From Diadema setosum (lineage: Eukaryota): a stretch of 64,000 nt of DNA. The notes below the pieces were generated by a model. That model did no database searches. It saw only the letters and a list, made by a program, of their open reading frames with translations, and was not told the DNA's origin. This document shows, one piece after another, positions 1 to 13,399 of the stretch (position 1 is its first letter; each line of letters starts with the position of its first letter). The translations under genes and the position numbers were made by a program. The DNA is taken from NCBI RefSeq assembly GCF_964275005.1, contig NC_092698.1, positions 38,600,639 to 38,664,638 of the forward strand. Reading direction: 5' to 3'.

Positions 1-254
1 CATGCTTTTCAGTGAACCTCTCAGTTCTTTCTCTTTTTTTTTCCTCCAAACATAACTTTGTATTTTGCCGGTATGCATGTATGATTTCGTATTTGTTAAC
101 CATTATCTACCATGTAAAGTCGAATACATGCCTATGTTATATCTTCTGATACATTTCGTGTTATGTTTGACGAAAAAGAAAGAAGGAATGAAATAAATGA
201 AATGAAATGAAATGAAATGAAATCATATTTACACGTTCATATATACAAATGCGT

Positions 255-290
255 GTGTATGTGTGTGTGTGTGTGTGTGTAATATTAACT
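255..290. repeat. (GT)n microsatellite
   Basis: gtgtgtatgtgtgtgtgtgtgtgtgtgt. Confidence 0.85.
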
Positions 291-609
291 TGCTATCCCA
301 AATATCGATCACATAAAGCAACGACCCCGATTTGTGGCGTAATTCTATGGAGAGAGAAAGAGGAAGTGACAAAAAAAAATCTGTTTTATTTTGCTGCAGA
401 AATACAAACAACTTCTTCCTATTTATCATGTATAGGTTTAGCTGAACATGTTAATCGCAAAATTTAATGCACAAAATAGGGAGATAAAATTCATCATGAT
501 CAGGCTTTCTACCACAAAATTGATTAACAAGTCATTTTCATCACTTTGATTTGATTTGATATGGTTTATTTATTCTCTGTATGACATCATTTACAATTCT
601 TTTTAAAGC

Positions 610-612
<3 letters not shown>

Positions 613-660
<48 letters not shown>
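613..660. repeat. (TA)n microsatellite
   Basis: (TA)x~24. Confidence 0.9.
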
Positions 661-661
<1 letters not shown>

Positions 662-1316
662 CGGAGAAACTGAATACCTAATTTCAACCTATCTGGTTTT
701 GAAAGTGTTGTTTATACTCTGAAAGTTTCATTTTCGTTGAAATTTTATTTCTAACATTTTAGGTAATTTTATGCAAGACGTTTTAAGAAAACGATGCCAA
801 CCTAACTATCATGAGATGATGCTCTAGTGAGACTAACGGCAGACTTAACTTTAAGAGAATCTTTATACATCTGCTGATGGCGGCAAAGTTCCTTGTAAAA
901 TTCACCTATTCACTGAAACATCACTGCTCAGGCTGATTGGAAAGCAAGCAGCAGCAACACAGTAAGGCTGCCGGAGATGCAAACAGTATTCCCCAACTAT
1001 ATTATTCAAATGTTAAAAATATGGTAAAAGTTATTATAGTCATGTCTTGACAGCAGCAGTACGTTATTAGCATCATTGATTGTGGCTATGTCTCAAAATG
1101 TAATTATCTCTTTTCCAGGTGAAAATCAAAATTGAAGAACAGATGCCGTTGAAAAATCATATGTTTAGAGTTGAAGCGTTCGGGAATCGTTTTGCTCCGA
1201 GTTCACTTGAAATATGGAATAAGCTAGGTTCTAACTTAAAATAATTAAAGTGATATTGGTCCTAAACTATTCTGACGGAGTCATGATGAAGAACCGTTTC
1301 AGTTGTCATTTTTCAG

Positions 1317-1432
1317 TCAGTTACAGGTAGACCCTTGCTTGTACTCCTCGAATTCTTGTTGCCATCCAGTCAGTCCCGTTTTCCAGATACTAAAACTGTC
1401 TTGCCAATCCTTCTCTAGTTCGTCGATGTCTC
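1317..1432 (-). CDS. ChE-like-1 exon 10 (C-terminal Trp-heptad / T-peptide-like exon, including stop)
   Basis: Encodes RDIDELEKDWQDSFSIWKTGLTGWQQEFEEYKQGSTCN, then TGA at 1319..1317. Shows W-x6-W-x6-W periodicity and a Cys at position -2. Confidence 0.7.
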
Positions 1433-2455
1433 CTGATAAAGATAACGGAGAGGAATGACATGATTTATCACATTTCATGTGCTCCTAATTCTTTTCAAAT
1501 TCTACACTTTGCTTCCGAATATTTGAAGATACCTCAAAGGGTTGCACTGCTACGTAATGTAATGTGAGCAATGATGTTGAGCAGCGTTCCATCAACATGT
1601 TATCCGATCATTCACATCATTTTTAAAGTCTGAACTTTTCTAACGTGGCTGTCAAGGAAGCAGTGAATGCTTGTAAGTAAGCAACCACTCGACTGACGGT
1701 TTTAAGTCCCCTATCCGAAAGACAAGGCAATGAGGGACAAGTGCCAAGGAACACATCTGCCGCATCCAGGAGTATTCGAACCAAAAACCTTGGATCGACA
1801 CTCCATTGTCTTTTCCACTGAGACACAGCATCCAACCTTCGAGACAAGATATTACTTTAGACTTAGCTCTGACTTCCTCGTCTCCTCAAAACATGACCCT
1901 TTAAAATCGACAACACCGACTCACTTCCCAGCTCAGATTGGTTGTAGTAGACAGTATAACAGTTGAAATAATTTCCTTCCCAAAGCCATTTGTAACTTTC
2001 AATGGATTTTCAGCTATGTGGTAGAATACTGATAAATTCTCGTTTGAACTTTCAAAGTTTATAATCTCTTTCCTGTTTATAACAATAACTGTCAACCGTT
2101 GAAAGTATTCCTTCTCCTCTTGATATACCACTAATCCAAATCCAGCTTGGGACATCAAAGACATAATTATGGAATTATACAAGTACATGTACCTTCAAAC
2201 AACGGTTTTACCAATGCTTCTCGTTGCTAGTGTTGCTCAAGAAAGCCTATAATTATTTGTAATGACATAAGTAAAGCTAATTCAATCTTCGAGATTCAAT
2301 TTTCAAGATTTAATCTGACGATACTGGTATACCGCATGTTAAAGTGAGTTTTGGACCGTGTATTCAATAAGTAATATCAAACATTATATAGTCTGACCAT
2401 AGAATCAGATGTGAAATGTTTCTTTGAAATGACGGAAACTGACGTCTAGACTTAC

Positions 2456-2637
2456 TGGCATGAGTGAGAAGAGTGGGCATGTAGGAGTTCCAGAAGTGGC
2501 ACTGCCTGGCTCGAACAGCTCTACCGACTGCAAGGCCAGGAGCCAGCTCCTTGTAGTTGAGTTCAGGGATGGAGTAACTAGGCCAGAGATCCTCCCCGAG
2601 TCCAGGTTCAGCATCAACGCTTGGCTTGCTTGGATCA
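2456..2637 (-). CDS. ChE-like-1 exon 9
   Basis: Encodes DPSKPSVDAEPGLGEDLWPSYSIPELNYKELAPGLAVGRAVRARQCHFWNSYMPTLLTHA, then a gtaagt donor. Confidence 0.7.
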
Positions 2638-3351
2638 CTGAATGCATATCATTTCACAACTGAGATTTTGGACTGGTAGAGGATGGTGAAAATGATGGTG
2701 ATGATGGTGATAATGATAATGATAATGATGAGCAGCCTTTACATAGTGCTATATGTCTGTCGTATAAAGAACATTAAAGGGCACCTGGCTCCCACTTTAT
2801 ATGTCACGTATTATTCACAAAGTTGCTGGATGAAACTTTACAATATAATATGTAGAATGCATATCGCGTATTTCACAGCGTTTTACTACAGTGATAATTA
2901 GCATGGCTCTACTCTAGTCCATATTTAGTCAAGAATGTAGAACTTGCCATCCGCAAAGCACACGCCTTTTTTCCAGTTATTTCAACGTTTTTTTTTTTTT
3001 TGTTTTTTTTTTTTTGCCATATCGATATTGGCAAGAAAATTTTGAAATAAAGTAAACTGCTCAGTGACATAGTGATAGTTCTATTTTGGCTGTGACCCCC
3101 TCTGTTATGTTCATGAGGTTACATGTACATCACGTTAGAAATGATTTCAAGTGATCCTCAACTCCTTCCACAATGTTCGTCATGTTCTCTTCTGTACGTA
3201 CTCGTACATCATCTACGATAAATCTTACATATGTAATGGAATATCTACCATGTGGTATCAGTACAGATTTCTATATGGGTTCCATGTTTTCTTATTCTAT
3301 CATAGTTTAAAGTAACAAACAAAACCAAATCAAAGCTGTCATTGTGCTTAC

Positions 3352-3546
3352 CCAGATTTTGCGAAGTTTGTCCAGAACTCCATAAATTTAACGGAGAGGG
3401 TGTTTTCCTCGTCAGTCATGTTATGTCCTTTGATGTGGTAGAGCTCATCTATGAAGGGGATTCCCCAGACAAAGGTGATGTCCTCAGCGTGTCCCGCTCC
3501 AAGCCAGGGGGTTGTGGGGGTCAAACCCTGGTATTCAAAATAGCTC
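3352..3546 (-). CDS. ChE-like-1 exon 8 (catalytic His)
   Basis: Encodes RSYFEYQGLTPTTPWLGAGHAEDITFVWGIPFIDELYHIKGHNMTDEENTLSVKFMEFWTNFAKSG, then a gtaagc donor. Anchored on ORF 3348..3590. Confidence 0.8.
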
Positions 3547-4599
3547 CTGTACATCATAGTCGATAAAATGCACAGAAAAAACAACAACAAAGGTTTTAAA
3601 GCAATTTACGCTGGTTTATAAGACCAAAGGGATGTCACGGACAATTTCCTGAGAATGACTCAATTAATAGCCGCAATGTAAAGTTAATGGTATTTTCTCG
3701 TACAGATTATAATGTCAGTTTTAATTCTCTTTGCTGTGTTGTTCACCCATCATTGCTTTTAATAGTGCTAGATTTACGATTACTATTAGTATTAGTACCA
3801 GACATTGACTCTGAGGTATTCATTCAAACTTTGATAGGGCTGATAGGATGTATACGCATCTATTGGTATTCCAGAATCTATATCCAAACCAAATTATAGA
3901 GGGTTTTTGGAGTTTTTGGCACACATATCATGTTCCGCCGGGCACCACATAATATGTTTAGTCATCCGGCTGTTTATCTGTCTCGACCGATTAGACTAAC
4001 AATGGAAGAGTTATACACGTTGGTTTTCCCTATATCACTGCCATTGCGTCTCTATGCTGTATTGCTATAATGCTAAATATATGTATGTTATCGAGAAGTG
4101 TCATAATGTAAGGTGAAATAAAATTAAAATGACTTCGTGCGCTGTGATAGGGTGATATAGTTGTGCCAGTACAAATGTTTAAGTACATGTGCGTATTTTT
4201 TTTAATCTCTCGTCAATTTTCATTTGTTCCTTTTTCTATGTTTCTCTTTAGTCAGTGCAGGAGCATCATGCATCATCTCCAATAACAAGGAATTTGGAAA
4301 ATTCCATTATCTTATCGTCTTCAGAATGAAGCAAACTTGCTGACAAATAGCCAAAGATAAAGTAAAGATGCTCGTAAATGCTCAAATCATGAGAGAAGGA
4401 TACAACCAAGTTGTGTTCACTAAACTTCAACACGCGATCACAATCCACGTTTCAATGAAAAAAATGTGTTAATGCAATGCATTTCTATATACAATCCCAA
4501 TCCATGTTTTAATCTAATAAGTTGGTTAACATTTTGGTCTCATAGGTGTTGTTGGAAGATCGAGTCTGGCATGAGTTACGCAGCTTGGGCTTGGCTAAC

Positions 4600-5051
4600 C
4601 TTGTTGGTGCGTAAGGCATGTAGTATTTGTACACGGTCCCTCCTGCTTGATAGTGCGCCCTCACGAGTGCATCAGTTGGACAGTTGAAAGCGAAATCGCC
4701 GAAAAATGCAACCAGGGCATCAAAATACGAGGCGTTGGTGTTATCGTAAGTCGCCCAGTGTGTGTACTCCTGATCCACAGAATTGAGTACTATTTCATCC
4801 GGAAGCACGTATGAAGTGAGATAAGTATGCATGCTGGCAAGGTATACTTCTCGGCTGACAGGGGGCGGTGTTGGGCTTCCAATATATTCCGCGGCTGCCT
4901 GGTAAAGAAGAAGCGTCCCCTCGTCCTTGTTAAAACCGGTAAGAATGGGTATTTTCGCAAAGTCTCCCTTCCAGTAGAGATTTAGAGGAGAATCCTCGAG
5001 AAAGACGCCATCCAGGGTGACAGGGTAAACTGAATAATGGTCCGAGTAAAT
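4600..5051 (-). CDS. ChE-like-1 exon 7 (catalytic Glu region)
   Basis: Encodes IYSDHYSVYPVTLDGVFLEDSP...GFNKDEGTLLLY...FGDFAFNCPTD...VYKYYMPYAPT. Anchored on ORF 4509..5093. Ends in phase 2. Confidence 0.75.
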
Positions 5052-5861
5052 CTTCAAAAGAAATGATAATGTTCGAGGATATGAGTCATTCATTAATTTT
5101 ATATGTACATGTAGTTATATGCGTATAGCAGTTATCTTATCAAAATGCTTGCCGGGAAAAGACGATTATCTAAGCTTTTAACATTGAGTTTTGACTTGCT
5201 CGAGTTCGACAACATTCGTTATAAAACTATTGTCACGACGATAGTCAGCGTCAAAGACATCTTTAAAAGATTGCAGTGCGACACGCCTTCAACTTTCCTT
5301 TGGGTTGGAACCTCTTACAAATCGAGCCTGAACTAAACTTTTGTTGTTGCTGTTTTGTTGCTGACCTTACAAATTATAACGAAAGTAAATGTAAAACAAT
5401 GATGATGACAATATATATCATATATATTGGGTGTAAATGTGCGCAATGTAGAGTGGTGTGAATACAAATTAACAGTGAAGTCATTCAGACTCCAGCCAAG
5501 TACCGTTAGTACCCAGTTATTAAACCTAACAATAATCATGTTAATACTCTATATAATGCATTAAGACGACATCCATGTGCTTTTTATCCGTTATTTGAAA
5601 AAAAAAAATCTTTTACGAGGCAAGGAAGGCTTGGTTCACAAGTCATATATGAATTCATTCATGAACTTCATGAACTTCGGGAACTTGTATCCTTTGACAG
5701 TTAAGTAATATACTATGTATTGTTTAATCTACCTACACAGCGGGAGTTCTGCTTGAAAAGACCACAGTACGAGGGAGTCAAACAAATTGTTTATATACTT
5801 ATAAAATTCATAAAGCAATGCAGCCTGGGTAGGTGCTAGCTGATGAACTTGTGTTTAATAC

Positions 5862-6029
5862 CTGGTCAGCTGTGTTACTCAGGTTTCGGGCGTCTATTCC
5901 CCTCAGACACTCGACAAGGATAGATGATGTAGACACATCACAGCCCAGTGCTAGGCCCAGGTCTCGGGATAGCCGTCGTTCTCTGTCTGGGTCATCATCG
6001 AAGGCCCAACTACTGAACACATTCCCACT
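5862..6029 (-). CDS. ChE-like-1 exon 6
   Basis: Encodes SGNVFSSWAFDDDPDRERRLSRDLGLALGCDVSTSSILVECLRGIDARNLSNTADQ, then a gtatta donor. Anchored on ORF 5808..6020. Confidence 0.75.
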
Positions 6030-6669
6030 CTACACTCAACGATAGTGTCATGTGGTAAAATAAAATTGGATCGATTACGTCAGTAGAATTATGTGTGTGT
6101 GTGTGTGTGTGTGTGTTTGTGTGTGTGTTTGTGTGAATGACACAGACACTGTGACATCTTTTTCTATAGGTTTAATAGAAAACAGAAATTAATGCAATCA
6201 AAAATAGTATGTATCTACGATGCCCCGGAATAGGGATTAAACACGGCAATCTTATTAATTTATCTAGGACAGCAAATCATAAATGAGTTCAAGTTATGGT
6301 CGATTAGAATCAACTTGTGAGGAACTGTTTGATATATAGGTTAAAAACAAGAGTTGATCCCGGGATGTCAAACAAATTTTGAGTTTTTAATAATTATATG
6401 ATGATTACGCATGTGATAATTATGAGAGCATAATATTGAAAAAGCAATATCTGATCATTAGGTAACCATGGTTACGTATGCATGCATGACACAGGTTTTT
6501 GCCTCATGAAATTTACAGACAAGTATTGTTTTACAATGACTGTTTTGGAAGCATTGCCACCGTAGCTATCATGCTATGACTGGATTTTACCCATTACCGT
6601 CGTATCTCGTTTTGAAGAGCAAGAAAATTTGAATAGTTCGTACCGAACATTTCATCAGTGCTTTTCTTA

Positions 6670-6918
<249 letters not shown>

Positions 6919-7136
6919 TTAAGCTCATTACAAGTTAAAACAAGTTTATTCAAGTGATTTCCAACATTTTGACTGAACAATAGTTAAAACACTATCATAA
7001 CCCTTTGTGAAATAACTTGAAATTGTAGAGCACAGAGTATAAATGGACATTAAGTACTATCTTTATATAGATAAGCATGCATGATATTATAATTAAGGCT
7101 TTATGTATAATCCGTTGTCCTTTTTTTGTTTCATAC

Positions 7137-7214
7137 CTTCAATGTTTTCATAGATCCATTTAAGGGCTGCTGCTTGGTCAAGCATACCAACATTTCCCCG
7201 AGCTGAGTCATCCT
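7137..7214 (-). CDS. ChE-like-1 exon 4
   Basis: Encodes EDDSARGNVGMLDQAAALKWIYENIE. Acceptor tttccag, donor gtatga. Anchored on ORF 7131..7352. Confidence 0.75.
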
Positions 7215-7254
7215 CTGGAAATGAAATTGCATTTTATTGTTTGTTACTATCAAA

Positions 7255-7300
7255 TTATAACAAACAAACAAACAAACAAACAAACAAACAAACAAAAGAG
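7255..7300. repeat. (CAAA)n microsatellite in intron 3 of ChE-like-1
   Basis: caaacaaacaaacaaacaaacaaacaaa. Confidence 0.85.
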
Positions 7301-7737
7301 AACAAACAAGCAAAACAACAACAACAAAACAAAACAGCAAACAAACTACCACATTGCCTCACTCAGTTGTCTTCAATTCCCTTTAGTCTCGTACAGTTTT
7401 AATACATTAGAACGAGAAGTGAAAATCATATGTCTGTAATTACAGAATTCTAAAGTTTGCCTATCGCTTGGGAAGAACAAATGGCAACTTCAGAAACAAT
7501 ATGAACAATGTCCCTACGAACTCATCGTCATCTGATACAAGTTACTGAATACGAAACAAGCTACCGAACAACGAATAGTGGGAAAAATTTTCAGGGAGTG
7601 ACAAATTGTATAGACGTCAGAAAAAGACATATTATCGAGTATTAAAGTCATCGGTTTCCTATAGAGGTAGCAGTTGATCTTACTGAAACTGGCGTTACTA
7701 GATTCTAGCTCCATTCAATTGGCATATACATACTAAC

Positions 7738-7897
7738 CGGTGGAAAATTGTCCAAAGATTGCCAATCTGTAGTTGATTGCCACAACGATGACGTCACCCA
7801 CAACAGCCAATGGGACGCCGTAATAGTCATAGATCATTGCCGAGCCAGAGTTGAACGACCCCCCGTGAATCCACACCATAACTGCCATGCCTGAAGT
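7738..7897 (-). CDS. ChE-like-1 exon 3 (oxyanion-hole region)
   Basis: Encodes [53 protein letters not shown], then a gttagt donor in phase 1. Anchored on ORF 7733..8026. Confidence 0.8.
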
Positions 7898-8269
7898 CTT
7901 GAGTAAAACAAGCAATAATATGAATACCATCACAAAACAGAAAACCACTGTATACTTCACATACTGTATTTTTTTTTCAAGACATGCGTTTTTATACTTA
8001 TGCATCAACTTATTTTCTATTGACATTCAGTACCCGAGGGGCCCACGTTCTACAAGCTTTGTCTTTGTAGTGGGTCCCTCCATTATTCGAAGTTTGCGTA
8101 TTGCTATTTTATTTTCATCACTTTGATTTTTATGGCAACGTATAAGTATTGGTTCCACAATTATTTCATACTCTCCTCAGTTTACTTTGTTTTGCTTATG
8201 AAACCTGATTCTCTGTTATCAAGAAAGGGAAATGTCTATGTTCTTTTCGAAAAATGAAATATAGCTTGA

Positions 8270-8322
8270 ATTGAATTGAATTGAATTGAATTGAATTGAA
8301 TTGAATTGAATTGAATTGAATT
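8270..8322. repeat. (TTGAA)n pentanucleotide microsatellite, ~10 units, in intron 2 of ChE-like-1
   Basis: ttgaattgaattgaattgaattgaattgaattgaattgaattgaatt. Confidence 0.85.
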
Positions 8323-8393
8323 AAAAAGAAATGCTTACATAATAATAATTCTATATCATTATTAGCATTGATTGTTCTTTCTTCTCTACATAC

Positions 8394-8567
8394 CCTTGAT
8401 GTAGGCGCGTAGACGTTCAGATAGAGGCAATCCTCGGAGGTAAAAAAGTCAAAAGTGTTGGTCTGCTCACAAGCAGGAGAAAACTCCGTAGCATTCCTTT
8501 CCCCTGACCATGACGTCATATTGGTGGGCGGGGCAAATCGTATGGGCGGAGCCGCGTAAGGCACACC
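8394..8567 (-). CDS. ChE-like-1 exon 2
   Basis: Acceptor cag|GGTGTG. Encodes [14 protein letters not shown]...[28 protein letters not shown], then a gtatgt donor. Anchored on ORF 8196..8564. Confidence 0.8.
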
Positions 8568-9626
8568 CTGTAAGCATGATTAACATCTTTCAGTCAGGAA
8601 CATTAAAAACACACATAATCAATATTAGATATTTACAAACAATAATCCTCTGAAATTCGATATGCTAGCAACGACCAATTTTCCCGTTAAATACAGGTTG
8701 TACATGCACTATCCGTGTCATAAATCATCGGTGCTAACAATTTTGATGTACAGCAGTCGGTCGAAGGCAACATAGGTAAGATGTTCACTGTGCTAGGATT
8801 AAGTTGTGGTTTAAAGTTTAATCAAATGGATTGTAAAAGAGTCCGCCAATACGCCATCAAGGCTGGCACCGAAGGAAACAAGTGTATAGATAATTGGCCT
8901 ATCGATGTGGATTGTGCTGTTTTAGCTCATGCACTCTATTTCTCGGAAACATAACAAATTTGTCATTACCATGGATGTTCCTGAAGTTTGCCAGTAAACC
9001 AGTTTGCTCAATTAACCAGAACTTATGACATGATCATGAAGAAAAAAAAATGTCTCATGACTTGACCTTAAAACATTTACGCGGTGATATTATGCCCTCT
9101 GGTATGGAAATGTCCATTGATTCATATTTTCTCGCGAGATAGATTTTCTTCATGCATAATGCTTATCGAGCATTACTGACAGGATAAAGGATGAAGTCAG
9201 TCATGTCAATCCTCAAATCCAAATGAAAGTAAAACTTGATTTGGTCTACTACTTGGGAAAAACAATAGGGATTTCGATGTGATAATCACATCACCAAAAG
9301 GAAACGGCGAATTCAAGTTGCCATAATTGGCACTATGCGACAGCCAAGCTGTGTCAACTGCATAATCATTTCTTAAAGTGAAAATTTTTTGTTTATGTCC
9401 TCAACATTATGCATTTTACAGAAACGAAATCGACGAGATGATGTCGAAGCCGTGAATTCTAGGACTCAATCCTGTGACAGAGTGATTTTCTGTCTCTAGA
9501 TATATCACAGTCTGTAACTTTACAAAAAGTTCCACGAGAGAAGTTATAATTGTTTCTTTTTTTTTTTGTCAAACAAATGATTCGCGCCTTGCTCGAGGAA
9601 AGAGAAACCCGAACATAAGTCCTTAC

Positions 9627-9788
9627 CAGAAACAAGTCGACATCTCGGGTCTTGTTGATGAACCTGTTTTCACTGAAAGTGATCGTCTTTCCTACCAGAA
9701 TTCCTTCCTTAACTGTGACTCGGGGACTTTCAGCACTTGCAAAGCCCACTGTGATAATCATAACCAGCACAATTTGATGAAGCGCCAT
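9627..9788 (-). CDS. ChE-like-1 exon 1 (signal peptide plus N-terminus)
   Basis: ATG at 9788..9786. Encodes MALHQIVLVMIITVGFASAESPRVTVKEGILVGKTITFSENRFINKTRDVDLFL, then a gtaagg donor. The Met aligns with the start Met of paralogs 3 and 4. Confidence 0.8.
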
Positions 9789-12227
9789 TTTCCCGAATGA
9801 CTGAAACTTGATTAAGATCCGCTCCTCGCTTGATGCTATGTATTTCACTATACTTGTGCTCACAATTATGGTTTTCTCAAGAGCGCGAGTGCTTGTGTGT
9901 TTCATTTTAACCTAAATTCAATATATTTGTTCTTGAGGAGAGGCGCAATACTTGGTTGAACTTTGTCCAGCGTTTTGTTGTCATATTAAAAAAAAAAGTG
10001 TCTGTTGTTCCATAATTGAACATTTATGGTGGGTCAGGTGAAATATCAACCTACAATGGCCTATGTTTTCAGAAGCGAATCCATGTTTACACAGTTATTT
10101 CACGGTAATTGTAGTACATCTGCGAGTTATTTGCACGTCTTTCGTACACACTCTATAAACCCTATGTGTTTTGCTTCACGCAAGTAATGCTCAAAACATT
10201 ATTGCCCTCTACATATTGAGGAAAAGAATATTCGAATATATAGAACTCTATATACATATATACATACATATATTTATATAACATACATATATATATATAC
10301 ACACACACACGCACGCACACACACATACATGTATTATATATATATATTATACATATCATATATGAGTGTGTGTGTTTCTTTTTCCCCATAGATATTTAAT
10401 GTTTAGTTGTTGTTTTTTTATAACACTCAAAGAAACACTATCATATGTCAAGTCAAGCAGGGTTTTGAAATTACACGAGGTCATTGCGCAATGGATGTCA
10501 TTTTCCAATCAAAGAAAAAACAAACACAAAATATTTCTTTCGCATTTCTAGCTCAGACTCTTTCCCAGCATGAAGCAGGACAACAGTCTCGATATGATCT
10601 CTTTATACGGGTTTCAGGCAAGCATAAATAAGTCTAGTTGACATTGTCAGATTGTGGTTCTTTACCTATGATGTTGACAGGATGAAGCCAAATATTGAAA
10701 CTGGGTAAAAGTTCAGATTTTTCTCTTTTCTTTGACGCACTTATTGTAGCAGAATAAATATCCAAGTCCAAAAGAGTCCAAGGGAAGCTCGCGTTTAGTG
10801 TGTTGCGTTTTCCTATATTTGAAACGTTCTCTTCAAACGTTGCAGTTCTGAAGATGCTTCACACAGATATTAGTTTACATTAGCACAAGCTTTCCTTTAT
10901 TTGGGGGAATTTCTGTATTGGATTAGATAAAGGATGAAAGAAATAAAAGTTATAGAAAAGAATGACTGAATGATGGTCGTCCCTGGTCTGTGATGAATTT
11001 TGATCTGATTTTGGCTGTAACTTGTGCTGTGAAATCATACCAGACGGATTTACTCTTATAGTCTAGAGATACACAAAAACAGCGCACATTCGACTCTAAA
11101 CTGAACACCATGAAAACAATACATATAGCCTATGATATCAAGGGTCTCATCCATACATAAATATAAAAAAGAGTCTAATCCTTGTAATAAATTGACAAAC
11201 TCTGCTTGTTCTTGGTATTCGAGGCAAAATGACCTCAATTACAAAGAATATGATATATAGATTATGTCTATTCAAACATTTGCATTAATGCTTGCATGCG
11301 TATATCGTTTGCATATGTACTGTAAATATCAGAAGTATATGGATATTGCAGCATACATTGCGTTTATCTTTAGATACCCGATTTTCATTCCCCTCTCTCT
11401 CTTCCATGTATTATTGCAAACGATTATTGATAAACACGTCTTGATATCTTTGTTCGTATTTAGCCACTTAACCAAACAGACATGATTGTATTTTCGTTGT
11501 CGTTAATATGTTGTAAAGGAAGATATTCACATCAATGGCTAAGAAATCATGACAGTCAAAAGTAGAAGGAGTCTTTAAAAATAATACACAAAGACAAGAT
11601 CAAGGAATATCCCTTTTGATATTCGTTCAAATTAGGTCACTGCTAAATTGTGCAACTAAAACTGTTTGACAGAGAAATACTGCATACTTAAAAGAGATAA
11701 GAACAAAAGTAGGTAGAGAAAATATCATGTGAAAAATTGAAGGATAGTGAGTCTTTACACCCGATATACATACATTGGTGGCTGTGATCATGTGTAGACT
11801 TTTGTCACAACGCAGATCTTCAATTACTGAAACCTTTACCATGTGTTTACAACTCTACTTTTATATTCGCACTGTGTTACCACCATCACCTAAATCAAAC
11901 TTAAACGATAGGATAAACTGCAACTAGCCTTGTAATTTTGAACTGTATCAGGAAAATAACATTATTGTATGATGTGTTAATTAGTGTTAGGTATATCTAG
12001 AGGTGTACCCAAAATGGAAAACCAAATTACATCCTAAACTGCTACAAACTGTCATGACAATACTCTCAAGGACATGAAGCTGTAAAGGGATTACAATACT
12101 GTAATGTATACAGTACAACAGTGTCGATGTACTTGTGACAGCTTCATAATGAATTAAACAAACAAAAAGGGAAAACAAGACGACGAAAAACTAAAGTACG
12201 CATAATAATAAGCCATGCTAGAGTTAT

Positions 12228-12330
12228 CACGTGATATTTCCCTTTTGACAGGTTTGATCACGTGACATTCTCTTTTGACAAGTTTGATCACATGACATTC
12301 TCTTTGCACAGGTTTGAGAATCGTAACAAA
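12228..12330. repeat. Three tandem ~37-bp units, each containing an E-box (CACGTG / CACATG), just downstream of the ChE-like-2 stop codon
   Basis: cacgtgatatttcccttttgacaggtttgat / cacgtgacattctcttttgacaagtttgat / cacatgacattctctttgcacaggtttgag. Confidence 0.6.
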
Positions 12331-12335
12331 GAAGG

Positions 12336-12451
12336 TTATTTGCAGGTAGATTCATTTGTGTATTCCTCAAACGCCTGCTGCCATGCTGTCATCTCCGTCT
12401 TCCAGTCACCATAACTTTCCCGCCATTCCTTCTCCAATTCGCTCATATCGT
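12336..12451 (-). CDS. ChE-like-2 exon 10 (C-terminal Trp-heptad exon, including stop)
   Basis: Encodes DDMSELEKEWRESYGDWKTEMTAWQQAFEEYTNESTCK, then a stop. Anchored on ORF 12336..12545. Confidence 0.65.
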
Positions 12452-12684
12452 CTGGATAAAATGAATATAAATCCAAGGTAATATGAATATTTTCTTGTGA
12501 ACAACAATTTGTCAGTCCTCTGTATGTTAATTCCTGTCCGGTCATTGAAGAACTGATTATAGTGGTAAAACATTATATCATATATATATATATATATATA
12601 CATATGCCTAATATGCTCTGCTTTACAGCATTGAGCACTTTTCAATCCTCAACAAACTACATATTCCCGACGGATATATACCAA

Positions 12685-12734
<50 letters not shown>

Positions 12735-13217
12735 TGTGCATTTCGAGTAAGTTTGTTATAATCAATGATTTGACTGAGTGTAATGCTAACACTCTTACAA
12801 CATACACAAACAAAAGGAAGATCCTAGCGGTATCGATTTATTTGTTGATAAACGAAGTGGTCAACGTTATACAAGTAGGCCCTAAAATAAATAGTTAAAA
12901 ATAAAAGTAGGGAGGGAATGTTCATTACGTCAGAAGACCAAATTTGAGATGAAGTGAGCGTCTCCTCCTGACAGTATGTCATATTAAGTATATCATCATT
13001 GCAAACATACAATCCTTGTTATTGTGGTGTTTAATATCTATTCCTCCATGTAAATATAACATTAGATATGTCTAGATCAGTGTATTACTCCTTATAATAG
13101 AATAGACGGATATATCATGATCTATCACCATTAAAATGAAACTGCAAAAGAAAGCCTGACCCTTAATGCATGTACTTTGAGATCGAGCTAAACGCAAAGA
13201 AGTGGCATGAATCGTAC

Positions 13218-13399
13218 CTGTGAAGTCAGCGAGGGAAGGAATGTACTGGTTCCAGAAATGGCACTGTCTGGCTCTAATAGCCCTCCCTATGAGTAGTCCT
13301 ACAGTCATCTCCCTGTATGTGAGTTCAGGGATCGTATACTCTGGCCAGGCGTATTGTCCTTCCCACGAGTCTGAATCCATGCTCGGCTTACTGGGATTT
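13218..13399 (-). CDS. ChE-like-2 exon 9
   Basis: Encodes NPSKPSMDSDSWEGQYAWPEYTIPELTYREMTVGLLIGRAIRARQCHFWNQYIPSLADFT. Anchored on ORF 13072..13473. Donor gtacga. Confidence 0.7.

Noticed and set aside
229-467. ORFs 229..429 (-) and 249..467 (+).
   Set aside because: They overlap (GT)n/(CA)n and (GAAAT)n microsatellites. The low-complexity translations (CVCVCV, HTHTHT) are not genes.
9789-9905. In-frame upstream extension of ChE-like-1 exon 1 (the ORF begins MKHTSTRALEK... at 9905).
   Set aside because: The ORF track uses alternative start codons and there is no stop in between. The conserved initiator Met is the one at 9788 (MALHQ..., aligned with MQLLW and MRLLW in the paralogs), and it is followed by a hydrophobic signal peptide.
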